Source: Spirochaetota bacterium (GTDB taxonomy: Bacteria; Spirochaetota; UBA4802; UBA5550). From it: a DNA stretch of 64,000 nt. Below are positions 1 to 9,625 of the stretch, piece by piece. Under the pieces are notes generated by a model. The model worked only from the letters and a program-made list of their open reading frames with translations. It was not told the origin of the DNA and searched no databases. A program made the position numbers and the translations under genes. Within the stretch, counting starts at the first letter, position 1; every line of letters starts with the position of its first letter. The stretch covers positions 63,337-127,336 of the forward strand of contig JAFGJK010000156.1 of assembly GCA_016929135.1 (NCBI GenBank). Direction: 5' to 3'.

Positions 1-523
1 ACCCGTCGCCTTCGCCCTGCGACTGCGGACGGTCCCCCTCAGGAATCTGGGCGCCGCCATTTCGCCGGACAACGCGTGGATCTTCATCCAGGGGGTGGAG
101 ACGCTGCCGCTGCGGATGCAGCGTCATTCGGAAAACGCCATGCGGGTGGCCCGTTTCCTGAAGCAGGATCCCCGGGTCGAATGGGTGCGCTATCCCGGCC
201 TGCCGGAGGATCCCTCCCATGCCGTGGCCTCCCGGTATCTCAAGAACGGCTACGGCGGCATTGTGGTATTCGGCATCAGTGGGGGATACGAAGCGGCGGT
301 ACGATTCATCGACGGCATACGGCTCTTCTCACACCTGGCCAATGTCGGGGACGCCAAGAGCCTGGTCCTCCATCCGGCATCCACCTCGCACTCACAGCTC
401 TCGGAGGCCCAGCAGCGGGAAGGGGGGCTCACCCCGGAGCTCATACGCCTCTCCATCGGGCTGGAGCACCCGGACGACATCATCGAGGCGCTCGACGAGG
501 CGATGGCGCTGTCGCAGCGATAG
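1..523 (+). CDS. metY: O-acetylhomoserine aminocarboxypropyltransferase / Cys-Met PLP enzyme, 5' partial (starts before the window)
   Basis: Open frame from position 2: LRNLGAAISPDNAW..QGVETLPLRM..HLANVGDAKSLVLHPASTSHSQL..LIRLSIGLE, the typical MetY C-terminus. Confidence 0.9.
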   Translation, partial: PVAFALRLRTVPLRNLGAAISPDNAWIFIQGVETLPLRMQRHSENAMRVARFLKQDPRVEWVRYPGLPEDPSHAVASRYLKNGYGGIVVFGISGGYEAAVRFIDGIRLFSHLANVGDAKSLVLHPASTSHSQLSEAQQREGGLTPELIRLSIGLEHPDDIIEALDEAMALSQR

Positions 524-543
524 CCCGGAAGCGGGAGGAGACC

Positions 544-956
544 ATGAAGCTGTCGACACGGAGCGGGTACGGTGTTCGGATGATGTAGGAGCTGGCGGCG
601 CACTACGGAAATGAGCCGGTAATTCTCAAGGACATCGCCGTACGGCAGGAGATCTCTGAAAATATCTGAACAAGCTGATCATCCCGCTGAAGGGGGTCCG
701 GCTGGCAAACCCAGCGAGGGGATCGCACGGCGGCTACCCTCTGGCACGGGAACCCTCCACAATCACCCTGCGGGAAATCGTGGAGATCCTGGAGGGTGAT
801 ATCACCCCTGTAGAACGCGCAAAGAACGGCGCCATCTGCGGAAGATCCCGATCGTGCCTGGCGAGGGATGTCTGATGCCGCCTGGATCGTTCGATTACCG
901 GGCTCCTGGAGGAGATCACCCTCGGTGACATCGCCAGGGGAGTCGATGCCCCCTGA
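544..956 (+). pseudogene. Rrf2-family (CymR/IscR-like) transcriptional regulator, disrupted
   Basis: SD GGAGG, then MKLSTRSGYGVRMM*ELA..KDIAVRQEISE / YLNKLIIPLK..RGSHGGY.LAREPSTITLREIVEILEG. In-frame TAG at 586-588, 1-nt deletion at ~660, TGA at 873-875. Confidence 0.85.
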
Positions 957-1014
957 TGCGGCCGGCGGCTGGTGCCGGAGCGCCCGGGCCTGTGACGGGC
1001 CCTTCGCCGGGCCT

Positions 1015-2193
1015 CTATCTCCCCAGAGCCCCCGTCCCCCTGAGTCTGGCGATATCATCGGGGGAGTAGCCGATTCCCGCCAGTATCTCGTCATTGTGGT
1101 GCCCCAGGGGTACGCCGGCCTGTTCCGCGAAATGATGCCCCGATGCGAACTTGATGGGATTCCCTATCTGTTGTACCTCGTCCCCCGCCGTCGTGGCAAC
1201 CCGCACGACCATCTCCCTGTCCGACAGAGGAGGAGCCGATACCGCCTCGGACACCGTGCATACCGGCTCTACGCAGGCGTCGACCCGGCTGAATTTCTCC
1301 TTCCAGTACGACAGCGGGTGCCCCGCGATTACCTCTGCCACCCGTCTCTTCATGTTCCAGTTGATGATACCTGTCTCCGCGACCTCAGGGCAGCCGATGA
1401 CCTCGCAGAAGACATTGAAGAACTTCTGCTCGATGGGCCCGACGGACAGGTGCCTCCCGTCGGCGGTGGCGTAATAATCGTACAGGGCGCCGCCGCTCAG
1501 CAGACCGCCGCGCCGCGGCTCATCGCCCCCGGCGAGATACCCGGCCACCGAAAAGAGCGACATGGCGAAGACGCCGTCGGTGATGGAGACGTCGATACGG
1601 TCCCCTCTGCCGGTGCTCCTCCGGCCGATATAGGCCGAAAGCACGCCGATGACGAGATTCTTCGAGCCGCTGGCGATATCGGCGATCTGGATCGCCGAGA
1701 GTTGGGGCCCCGTCTCATCCCTTCCCGAGATCGAATCCACTCCCGATAGGGCCATGTAGTTGATATCATGGCCGGCACGATCGGCATAGGCGCCGCTCTG
1801 TCCGTACCCGGTGAGCGAACAGTAGATGAGCGAGGGATTGATCTCCCTAAGCGCCTCATAGCCGATGCCCAGGCGGTCCAGGGTGCCCGGGCGGAACTGC
1901 TCGATGACGATGTCGTATTCCCCCACCAGTGCGCGGACGATTTCCCGCGCCTCCTGCTTCTTCAGGTTCAGCGACAGTGATTTTTTCCCCCTGTTAAGGT
2001 GGCCGTAAATCGCGCTCATCCCGTCGATATGCGGCGGCAGCAATCTCACGATATCGGGGCTCTCGCTGTTCTCCACCTTGATGATATCCGCCCCCATATC
2101 TGCCAGCATCATGGTCCCGAATGGTCCCGGGAGCAGGTAGGTAAAATCAAGAATCTTTACACCCTCAAGAGGCCTCGTCATGGCTTTCTCCAT
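1015..2193 (-). CDS. CaiB/BaiF family (family III) CoA-transferase
   Basis: PLEGVKILDFT..LPGPFGTMMLADMGADIIKVE, NRGKKS, EQFRPG, GHDINY motifs. Confidence 0.92.
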   Translation of the reverse strand: MEKAMTRPLEGVKILDFTYLLPGPFGTMMLADMGADIIKVENSESPDIVRLLPPHIDGMSAIYGHLNRGKKSLSLNLKKQEAREIVRALVGEYDIVIEQFRPGTLDRLGIGYEALREINPSLIYCSLTGYGQSGAYADRAGHDINYMALSGVDSISGRDETGPQLSAIQIADIASGSKNLVIGVLSAYIGRRSTGRGDRIDVSITDGVFAMSLFSVAGYLAGGDEPRRGGLLSGGALYDYYATADGRHLSVGPIEQKFFNVFCEVIGCPEVAETGIINWNMKRRVAEVIAGHPLSYWKEKFSRVDACVEPVCTVSEAVSAPPLSDREMVVRVATTAGDEVQQIGNPIKFASGHHFAEQAGVPLGHHNDEILAGIGYSPDDIARLRGTGALGR

Positions 2194-2533
2194 TAGCGAA
2201 AATAGCTGTATGTAATGATGGATAGGGAAGAGTGAGCTGCATCCTCCCCTTTATTCAAGTGTCTCTGCATTTCCCGCCATGTCAATCGTATTTCAGCATA
2301 TCAAAGATGAAAACAGACGGTCGATGGGGAATGAAAACTATAAATAGTACTTGTAGTTTTTCATTCAATCCCCATACTTCAGCCGATTCATTCATAAATC
2401 AACAGCATATCGATTGCTCGGCAATCAATTTTATATGCCACAGGAGGATGGGAAGTCGGACATCATGAATATAAATATCCATGCATGAAACATACATATG
2501 AATTCAAATAAATATAATTCAAGGAGGATGGAT

Positions 2534-3760
2534 ATGGAAGGTGGGAATGCGCCTGTATCCCCCTACAGGTGGGTCGTGCTGGTGGTTTTCATGTTAAACG
2601 TCGCGATGTCCCAAATCATGTGGATGACCTTTGCGCCTATCGCCAGGGATGCCGCGGCAATCTACACTGGCGGGAATGTTGATTATATAGATATTCTCGC
2701 CGCCCTGGCGATGCTGGGATGGCTGCCTTTCTGCATTCCCGCATCCTGGTGCATCGATAATTTCGGCTTTAGGAAGGGTGCAGGAATCGGAGTCCTCCTG
2801 GTTGGGGTATGTGGATTTCTTCGTATTTTCGCACCAAGCTACGACTTGCTTCTTGCCTGTATGATCGGTATTGGAGTTGCTCAGCCATTTATTCTCAGCG
2901 CATTTACGAAACTCGCTTCGAATTGGTTCTCTGAGAAGGAGGAGGTCCTCGCGTCCGGTCTTCTCACCATGTCATTGTTTATCGGATTTGCCACTGTAAT
3001 GTTTGCCACCGACTTCATCCTTGCGAATTACCGCAATGCGGGCGAAGTGCGACAGGGAATCGAAATGATTCTCTACATTTACGGAATTCCGGCTCTTATC
3101 GGCATGATCCTATTCTTTGTATTGGTGAAGGATAAGCCGAAGCTGCCTCCGAATTCCATCGCTGCCGAAAAGAAAGTATCAATGACCGTAGGTCTTAAGT
3201 CACTCTTTCGTAACAGGGACTTTCTCTTCCTTCTTGGTCTCTTTTTTATAGGGGTGGGAGCTTTTAACGCGATTCTTACCAAGATCGACTGCATGTTTAA
3301 CGACAGGATCCTGGATATCGATTCTTCACTCGCCCCTGGCATTGTCGGCGGGTTGATCGTTATCGGCGGGATGTGCGGGGCAGTAATTCTTTCGGCCCTG
3401 TCTGATAAATATCATAAAAGGAAAATATTCCTTGTACTCGCGGCAGGAATGGCGATACCACTCTCCATATTGCTGCAGTATCTCACATCCATCGTGCTTT
3501 TAGGGATTGCCGGCTTTGTATTCGGCTTCTTCCTTATATCCGCCCTGCCCGTGGGATTAACCTATGCGGTGGAAAGGACACATCCGGTCCCCGAGGCAAC
3601 ATCGAATGGAATCCTGATGCTGAGCGGCCAGATAAGCGGCCTGCCGATCGTTCTTTTCTTCAACATGACGTTTGTTACTATTCTCTTCGGTGCAGCACTG
3701 TTGTTCTCATTCATGATCCGCGAGGTTAAAGAGGGAGGCATTTCGTCGTTGACGCATTAA
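2534..3760 (+). CDS. MFS transporter (FLVCR/SLC49-like)
   Basis: About 12 hydrophobic segments; YRWVVL..WMTFAPI, SDKYHKRK, AVERTHPVPE. Start chosen from SD AAGGAGG at 2521; the ORF extends to 2498. Confidence 0.85.
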   Translation: MEGGNAPVSPYRWVVLVVFMLNVAMSQIMWMTFAPIARDAAAIYTGGNVDYIDILAALAMLGWLPFCIPASWCIDNFGFRKGAGIGVLLVGVCGFLRIFAPSYDLLLACMIGIGVAQPFILSAFTKLASNWFSEKEEVLASGLLTMSLFIGFATVMFATDFILANYRNAGEVRQGIEMILYIYGIPALIGMILFFVLVKDKPKLPPNSIAAEKKVSMTVGLKSLFRNRDFLFLLGLFFIGVGAFNAILTKIDCMFNDRILDIDSSLAPGIVGGLIVIGGMCGAVILSALSDKYHKRKIFLVLAAGMAIPLSILLQYLTSIVLLGIAGFVFGFFLISALPVGLTYAVERTHPVPEATSNGILMLSGQISGLPIVLFFNMTFVTILFGAALLFSFMIREVKEGGISSLTH

Positions 3761-3891
3761 CGGTACCTGTATTCAGGAGGGGAAGAGGCCAGGTTTTTTA
3801 TGGCCAGACACGTTATGGAAGATGCTACTTGCTCGGCATATTCAATGTTTTACGTGCCGTTATTGCTGCCTGTATCATGCAACATAAAAAG

Positions 3892-3927
3892 AAAAGGGCC
3901 CTTCCCCATGGAGGGAAGGGCCCTTTT
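3892..3927. terminator. Intrinsic terminator hairpin, probably bidirectional, between the MFS gene and tRNA-Asn
   Basis: AAAAGGGCCCTTCCC-catgga-GGGAAGGGCCCTTTT perfect 15-bp inverted repeat; longer T-tract on the minus strand. Confidence 0.8.
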
Positions 3928-3965
3928 CCGAGGCTCCTGTTTAAAGGTAAGGAGCAGACCTTATG

Positions 3966-4038
3966 CTCCCCCGGTAGGACTCGAACCTACGACCAATTGG
4001 TTAACAGCCAACTGCTCTACCGACTGAGCTACAGGGGA
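3966..4038 (-). tRNA. tRNA-Asn(GTT), no encoded CCA
   Basis: TCCCCTGTAGCTCAGTCGGTAGAGCAGTTGGCTGTTAACCAATTGGTCGTAGGTTCGAGTCCTACCGGGGGAG cloverleaf. Confidence 0.97.
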
Positions 4039-4181
4039 ATGCGTCGGACTCACAGATAATGGAATAACCCGTTTTCGTGTCAATATTTTTTTTCAGTATA
4101 TTCCTATAATTTAATCCCCCCCCTGAATTTATCTTGAAAAAAACAGGCAAGCTTGGTAGAGCGAGATATCGGAGATCATGT

Positions 4182-5096
4182 ATGGGTATAGAATCGCAGA
4201 TCAAGACACTGGCCGTCGAACACAAGGCTGTAATCCTGGCGCACAATTACCAGGTGCCGGAAATTCAGGACATCGCCGACCACACCGGTGACTCCCTGGA
4301 GCTTTCGAGGATCGCGGCTGAGAAGGTGAAAGAAGAGGGATACGGGGTCATCGTGTTCTGCGGCGTCCATTTCATGGCGGAATCCGCCGCAATACTCTCG
4401 CCAGAGAGCACGGTGCTTCTGCCGGACATGACCGCCGGTTGCCCCATGGCGGAGATGGCATCGCCCGGGGCCGTTATGGAAATGAAGCGGCGCCATCCCC
4501 GCGCCAAGGTGGTCACCTATATCAACTCCACCGCTGCGGTTAAGGCAGTTTCGGACGTCATCTGCACCTCGTCGAACGCACAGAGGATCGTCGAGCGGAT
4601 TGACGCCGACGAGATCATCTTTGTCCCAGACAGGAACCTCGGCAGCTATGTCCAGCGCTTCACGACGAAAAGGATCATACTGTGGGACGGCTTCTGTCCG
4701 ACACACGACTCCTTTACAAAGGAGGATCTCGATGCGGTTAAAAAGGATCACCCCGACTCACTGGTGATGGTTCACCCTGAATGCCGGCCCGAGGTGGTTG
4801 ATGGGGCTGACGAGGTGCTCTCCACCGGGCAAATGGTGAGCTTTGTCCAGAACACCGGGGCCCGGTCAATTATCGTCGGAACCGACCAGGGAATGATACA
4901 CAGGTTAAAGAAGGCCGCGCCGGAGATTGACTTCATCCCCGCATCGGGCTCCTTTTTTTGTCCCGATATGAAAAAAATCGATCAATATGCGCTCCTTGAA
5001 TCACTCCGGCAGGGCCGCCACAGGATCAGCATCCCCCCTGAGATCCGTGACAAATCGAGGCGGGCGCTCGATCTCATGCTGGAGCTTTCAAGGTGA
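4182..5096 (+). CDS. nadA: Quinolinate synthase
   Basis: ILAHNYQ, GDSLEL, FCGVHFMAE, AGCPMA, YINS, CTSSNA, HPEC, CPDMK. Confidence 0.96.
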   Translation: MGIESQIKTLAVEHKAVILAHNYQVPEIQDIADHTGDSLELSRIAAEKVKEEGYGVIVFCGVHFMAESAAILSPESTVLLPDMTAGCPMAEMASPGAVMEMKRRHPRAKVVTYINSTAAVKAVSDVICTSSNAQRIVERIDADEIIFVPDRNLGSYVQRFTTKRIILWDGFCPTHDSFTKEDLDAVKKDHPDSLVMVHPECRPEVVDGADEVLSTGQMVSFVQNTGARSIIVGTDQGMIHRLKKAAPEIDFIPASGSFFCPDMKKIDQYALLESLRQGRHRISIPPEIRDKSRRALDLMLELSR

Positions 5097-6274
5097 CCCG
5101 GCCCGAGCGAAGCGACAGCGATCCCCTTGAACAGGCAACGACAGATGCTTCCCCCGGCAATGGGGAACCCGTAGGATTCAACATCCTCCGAAAAAAAACC
5201 TTTAACGAAGAACTCCGAAGGCTCATACACAGGATCGAGGATCACGAATCTGAGCGCCCCTCAGCAGTGGAGGAGGGGCGTCGACTCCACGAAATTACCG
5301 AGGAGGAGCTGATAAAGAGATTCCACAGGCTCCATTACCGTATCGACAACATCGGCGAGCACATGCAATCCCATTCGGCATTCAATCCATTCAGGCTCGC
5401 CGGTCCAGAGAATCCCCTGAGTGAACAGATCCTTGCCCGGGAGATGGGCTCTATCCTGCTCAGGATGGGATACGAATCCTACGCAGTTCTGGTTTACCGT
5501 ATGCCAGACCACTGCTTCAGACCCTTTGTCAACGGGATATCCCTCCTGCCGGACGATGATTTCATACTTGCACTGGACGATCCCCTCTACCACAAAATCG
5601 CCGCCGCCGCGCACGGCGCGGTTCTGGATAAATCGGACTTCACCGGCGGCGCCTTCCTGAAACGGACGCTGGACCTCTCTGAGTTCCGGGACGACCGGGT
5701 TATCCTCGCGGTGCAGTGCCGCACCCTCACCTCAGGGATCCTCGGCGAGCTCAGTTTGGCCGGAGAGGCGGCCCGGGATGGGTACATACCATCGCCGCTG
5801 CTGCTGCTCTACTACGACCCGAAGAGATTCACCGAGAATCCCCTGAAGCGCATAGAGTCCCTGGCCGGGGCGCTGGCGGTGCCGCTCCTGCTTCTGCTCG
5901 ACAGGGCGAGTCGACCCGGGACGCCGGAAGAACCGGGCGAAGCGGCCCTGGAACAACTGATACACCTTTTCTTCGTAAAGGGGACGCACCGCTTCGTGCT
6001 GGTACGCTGTTCCGCCGACGACGTCTCGGGGTATTTTCTGATGAAATACCTGTATGAAAAACTGATACGGACCCTTGGCCCCGACAACTCGATCCAACTG
6101 GTACGACCACGAATACTCGTTCTCATCATTGCTGACGAAATTATGAGAAGGGTTCAAGAAACTATCGATCATTGGAGCGAGTTGATGAACAATGAGTTTG
6201 TTTTTAGCGTCTATAATAAACAGGACTATCATCATCCCATGGATCTTCTTAAAATAATTCTATTAAATATATGA
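5093..6274 (+). CDS. Hypothetical protein (possible GAF-like plus degenerate GGDEF-like domains)
   Basis: 393-aa ORF with GTGA overlap on the nadA stop; no conserved catalytic motif recognised. Confidence 0.65.
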   Translation: MTRPERSDSDPLEQATTDASPGNGEPVGFNILRKKTFNEELRRLIHRIEDHESERPSAVEEGRRLHEITEEELIKRFHRLHYRIDNIGEHMQSHSAFNPFRLAGPENPLSEQILAREMGSILLRMGYESYAVLVYRMPDHCFRPFVNGISLLPDDDFILALDDPLYHKIAAAAHGAVLDKSDFTGGAFLKRTLDLSEFRDDRVILAVQCRTLTSGILGELSLAGEAARDGYIPSPLLLLYYDPKRFTENPLKRIESLAGALAVPLLLLLDRASRPGTPEEPGEAALEQLIHLFFVKGTHRFVLVRCSADDVSGYFLMKYLYEKLIRTLGPDNSIQLVRPRILVLIIADEIMRRVQETIDHWSELMNNEFVFSVYNKQDYHHPMDLLKIILLNI

Positions 6275-6300
6275 ATTTCCCTGAATTCTGTGTATTTTTA

Positions 6301-6329
6301 TTGTCAATGAAAGCGATGATTTATAAAAT
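6301..6329 (+). promoter_or_regulatory. Sigma70-type promoter
   Basis: TTGTCA-17 nt-TAAAAT in the AT-rich intergenic region upstream of 6472. Confidence 0.55.
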
Positions 6330-6471
6330 ACCTGTAATAGTGCAAAATATAGTAGAATTGCATCTTCAGGAATCTGGACGATATATATATAAATGGACTG
6401 AGTCCGAGCGGATTCCATTCTCATCAGGCCGGATATAACACGAACCATGGGTATTTACGTATCTTAATATC

Positions 6472-7716
6472 ATGCGGGTACAAGCGATTATCGGAATACT
6501 CGCGTTATGGGTGTGCACCGCCGCCCTGCCGCTGTTCGCGGCAGGCACGACCGGGACATCGGGAGCCACATTTCTCGAGCTTGGTATCGGCAGCAGACCG
6601 CAGGGTATGGGCCAGGCCTTTACCGCCGAAACCAACGACGTCAACCTGCTCTACTATAATCCGGCCGGCCTGGGAACCCTCAGGTATCCGTTCCTGTCGC
6701 TGCAGCATCAGGAGCTTCTCCTCGATTCAAGGCTTGAAAACGTGTCAATTGCCTATCCGCTCCTGGGTGGGTATATCGCCGCCTCGAACTCCATCTTCTG
6801 GGTTCCCACCTTCGACGAGGTGAACATCGACGGCTATGATACCGGCGACGTCTCCTACTACAACGGCGCCCTGACCGTGGGGTACGGCTACAACCTGGGC
6901 TTCATGTACCTTGGGGGATCCATGAAGTATATTTACCAGCATATCGGGCCGAAAACCTACCACGGCTTTGGCATGGACATCGGCATACTGAAGGGCCTCC
7001 GTCTTTTCACCCCCTTCGAGGCCCCCACGCAGAACCTTCACGTGGGGCTCTCTATTCTCAACCTGGGGCCCGATATCGTTGGCGAGTTCCCCCTCCCAAG
7101 GACAATAAGGCTCGGCGTCTCATACAAGCTCACCAACTGGTTCGGCCTGAACCTCGATATGCTAGAGAGCATCATCGATTTCTCCGACCTCTATGACTTC
7201 ACCTACGGCTTCAACGAGAGCTTCAGGATGAACCTGGGCATCGAGTTCTCCTATCTGGACATCATATCCATCAGGGCGGGATACCGCTTCAACGACGTCA
7301 GCACCACGTCGTTCAGCTATTACACCCTGGGTCTCGGCTTCAACTACGTGGTGGGGAACGTCACCTTCACGGTGGATGCAGCCTACTCCGACGCGGGCCA
7401 GTTCGATCCCTCATATTCCTTCAACGTCACCTTCAAGCTCATCCCGAAGGTCGTGACCCTTCAGGACAGGATGGACGCCGAGGGGCATTATCGGAGGGGG
7501 ATACGCAACTATGTGGCGGGCGATATCGATTCCGCCCTGACCGAGTTCCGCACCACCAAGGACATCAACCCGTATCACAAGAACATCAACAAGAGAATCG
7601 ACGATCTTGAGGAACTGCAGCGACTGATTTTGGAGAACAAGAAGATTGAGGAGAAAGAACATCATGAGGAAGGGCAGAGCCTGGAACGAAATCCGCAGAC
7701 CGAAGATTACGAGTGA
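6472..7716 (+). CDS. PorV/PorQ / UPF0164 (FadL-like) outer-membrane beta-barrel with C-terminal TPR
   Basis: Signal peptide; ATFLELGIGSRPQGMGQAFTA..YYNPAGL; amphipathic strands; TPR-like AEGHYRRGIRNYVAGDIDSALTEF. Confidence 0.85.
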   Translation: MRVQAIIGILALWVCTAALPLFAAGTTGTSGATFLELGIGSRPQGMGQAFTAETNDVNLLYYNPAGLGTLRYPFLSLQHQELLLDSRLENVSIAYPLLGGYIAASNSIFWVPTFDEVNIDGYDTGDVSYYNGALTVGYGYNLGFMYLGGSMKYIYQHIGPKTYHGFGMDIGILKGLRLFTPFEAPTQNLHVGLSILNLGPDIVGEFPLPRTIRLGVSYKLTNWFGLNLDMLESIIDFSDLYDFTYGFNESFRMNLGIEFSYLDIISIRAGYRFNDVSTTSFSYYTLGLGFNYVVGNVTFTVDAAYSDAGQFDPSYSFNVTFKLIPKVVTLQDRMDAEGHYRRGIRNYVAGDIDSALTEFRTTKDINPYHKNINKRIDDLEELQRLILENKKIEEKEHHEEGQSLERNPQTEDYE

Positions 7717-8380
7717 TTTCTGTCCTAACGCCAACGGGTCGCTCCTCTTCGAAATGGGGAAGACCAGGGTGATCTGCGCCGCAACGGTGCTTGATGAGGT
7801 GCCGGATCACGCCGCCTCCAAGGGGAAGGGGTGGATCACCGCGGAATACAGCCTGATGCCCTACTCGACGGTGCCCCGTGCCAAACGCCCGCTCATCACC
7901 CGGGACGGACGGGCGGTGGAGATACAGCGGGTCATATCCAGGTCTCTCAGAGGCGCCGTTGATCTCACCAGGCTCCAGGGGATCACGGTGCAGGTGGACT
8001 GCGACGTCATCGAGGCAGACGGCGGCACCAGAACCGCTTCCATCACCGGGGGATTCATCGCCATGGCGATGGCCTTTCGGAGACTCATGGTACAGGGCTC
8101 GCTCCGGGAAATCCCCATCATCTCAAACGTCGCCGCGGTCTCCTGCGGGTACGTGGAGGGGGAGCTGCTTCTGGACCTGGACTTCGCCGAGGACTCGAAG
8201 GCCCAGGTTGATCTCAATGTCATCATGGACGGCGGGGAAAATCTCGTCGAGGTACAGGGTACCGGCGAGCGTAACTCCTTCTCAGTGGACCAGCTCCTGG
8301 AGATGATCTCCCTGGCGAAAAAGGGGATCACGGAGCTCGTGGATATCCAGAACTCCATCATCCATCACCCTCGCGGGTGA
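7664..8380 (+). CDS. rph: Ribonuclease PH
   Basis: GSLLFEMGKTRVICAA, GWITAEYSLMP, EIQRVISRSLR, DCDVIEADGGTRTASITG. Confidence 0.95.
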   Translation: MRKGRAWNEIRRPKITSDFCPNANGSLLFEMGKTRVICAATVLDEVPDHAASKGKGWITAEYSLMPYSTVPRAKRPLITRDGRAVEIQRVISRSLRGAVDLTRLQGITVQVDCDVIEADGGTRTASITGGFIAMAMAFRRLMVQGSLREIPIISNVAAVSCGYVEGELLLDLDFAEDSKAQVDLNVIMDGGENLVEVQGTGERNSFSVDQLLEMISLAKKGITELVDIQNSIIHHPRG

Positions 8381-8458
8381 GACCACCGGGAGAATCCCCG
8401 ATGACGCCGTGGCGGCCGGGATGATCAGGTTCCGGCGGAGCCGGCAAGGAGCGTAGCA

Positions 8459-9625
8459 ATGCTTTTCAGGAAAACAGACGATCGTGCGGAAAGCCCCGCC
8501 CCCGGCGGATTCGCCGGCCGCTGGCACTCCACCTTCGGCCCCCTCACCATGGAGGTTGTGGATACGAAGGTCACCGGAAGCTACCGCTTCGGCACCATCG
8601 ACGGTACGCTGGAGGGACGAATTGAGGGGTCCCGCCTGAACTTCCGATATCGCGAGCCCCAGGTCTCCGGAGAGGGCTGGTTTGAGCTCCTTCGCCCCGG
8701 CAGGTTCCGGGGGCTATGGCGTCCCGACGGATCAGAGGCCTGGCATGACTGGACCGGCGAACGGGGCTTCGACGGCATCTGGGCTACCACCTTCGGTCTC
8801 ATGAAGCTGGCGGTGGAGGAGGGGGAACAGATCATGGGCTTCTACGAGATGGGTGGACCCTCCGATATCACGGGAACTGCCGCAGGAAACGAAATGAGCT
8901 TCTCCTACAGGGAACCGGCGGTATCGGGCGAGGGATCATTCATACTGTCGGATGACACCATGGGCTTCTCGGGGAAATGGCGCCCCGACGGTGAAACCGG
9001 ATGGCAGCCGTGGGAGGGACGACGCGTCCTTCCGGCACCCGGCATAGTCTGGCTGGTGGTGCTGGAGGCGCACTGGCAGCGCTATCTGAATGACCGGGAA
9101 TACTCGTTCGGGGCGATGCTGGACGAGTTCTTCGCACGGCTCCCCCATGTGAACGTAAGCCACCGCTTCTTCACCGACGAGGAGGGGCTGCGCCAGTGGT
9201 GCCGGAGCCTCCTGTACCTCCCGGAGCCGGTGTACCTTGTGGTGGCGTCGCACGCCACCGAAGAGGGACTCAGCGTGCTCGGTAAGACCATCGGGACAGA
9301 GGTAATTGCCGATAGCCTTCTCTATGCCGACAGCCTCCGTCTCCTCCACTTTTCCTCGTGCCTGCTGATGAACGATAACGGCGGAAAAGCGATCCGGGGG
9401 CTTCACTCTCCGGGCCGTTTTCCCGTATCCGGCTACACCACCTCGGTGAACTGGGCGGCGAGCGCCATAATCGAATTCTGTTACCTGGACCTGGTGCTGG
9501 AACAGGGGCTCTCCCCGTCGGAGGCGGCAAAGAGGCTCGTCACGCTCATGCCCTTTGCCGGAACCATCGCGCCGAAGGGGAGCCCCTTTCCCGCGGCCGG
9601 CTTCAGGATAATCGATCCTGACTGA
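8459..9625 (+). CDS. Hypothetical protein: two tandem ~86-aa beta repeats plus a caspase/CHAT-like (DUF6642-like) domain
   Basis: Repeats F.G.W.(S/T)TFG..G.Y..YREP.VSGEG.F.L..F.G.WRPDG...W..W.G.R; C-terminal VVASH..HFSSC..VSGY...VNW. Confidence 0.75.
   Translation: MLFRKTDDRAESPAPGGFAGRWHSTFGPLTMEVVDTKVTGSYRFGTIDGTLEGRIEGSRLNFRYREPQVSGEGWFELLRPGRFRGLWRPDGSEAWHDWTGERGFDGIWATTFGLMKLAVEEGEQIMGFYEMGGPSDITGTAAGNEMSFSYREPAVSGEGSFILSDDTMGFSGKWRPDGETGWQPWEGRRVLPAPGIVWLVVLEAHWQRYLNDREYSFGAMLDEFFARLPHVNVSHRFFTDEEGLRQWCRSLLYLPEPVYLVVASHATEEGLSVLGKTIGTEVIADSLLYADSLRLLHFSSCLLMNDNGGKAIRGLHSPGRFPVSGYTTSVNWAASAIIEFCYLDLVLEQGLSPSEAAKRLVTLMPFAGTIAPKGSPFPAAGFRIIDPD

Noticed and set aside
586..875. Stop-codon recoding (pyrrolysine TAG, or Sec/Trp TGA) in the Rrf2 gene
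   Set aside because: The gene also has a frameshift, and TAG and TGA terminate many intact genes in this window.
868..1749. 293-aa + strand ORF
   Set aside because: It lies antisense to the well-supported CoA-transferase and has Arg/Pro-rich non-coding composition.
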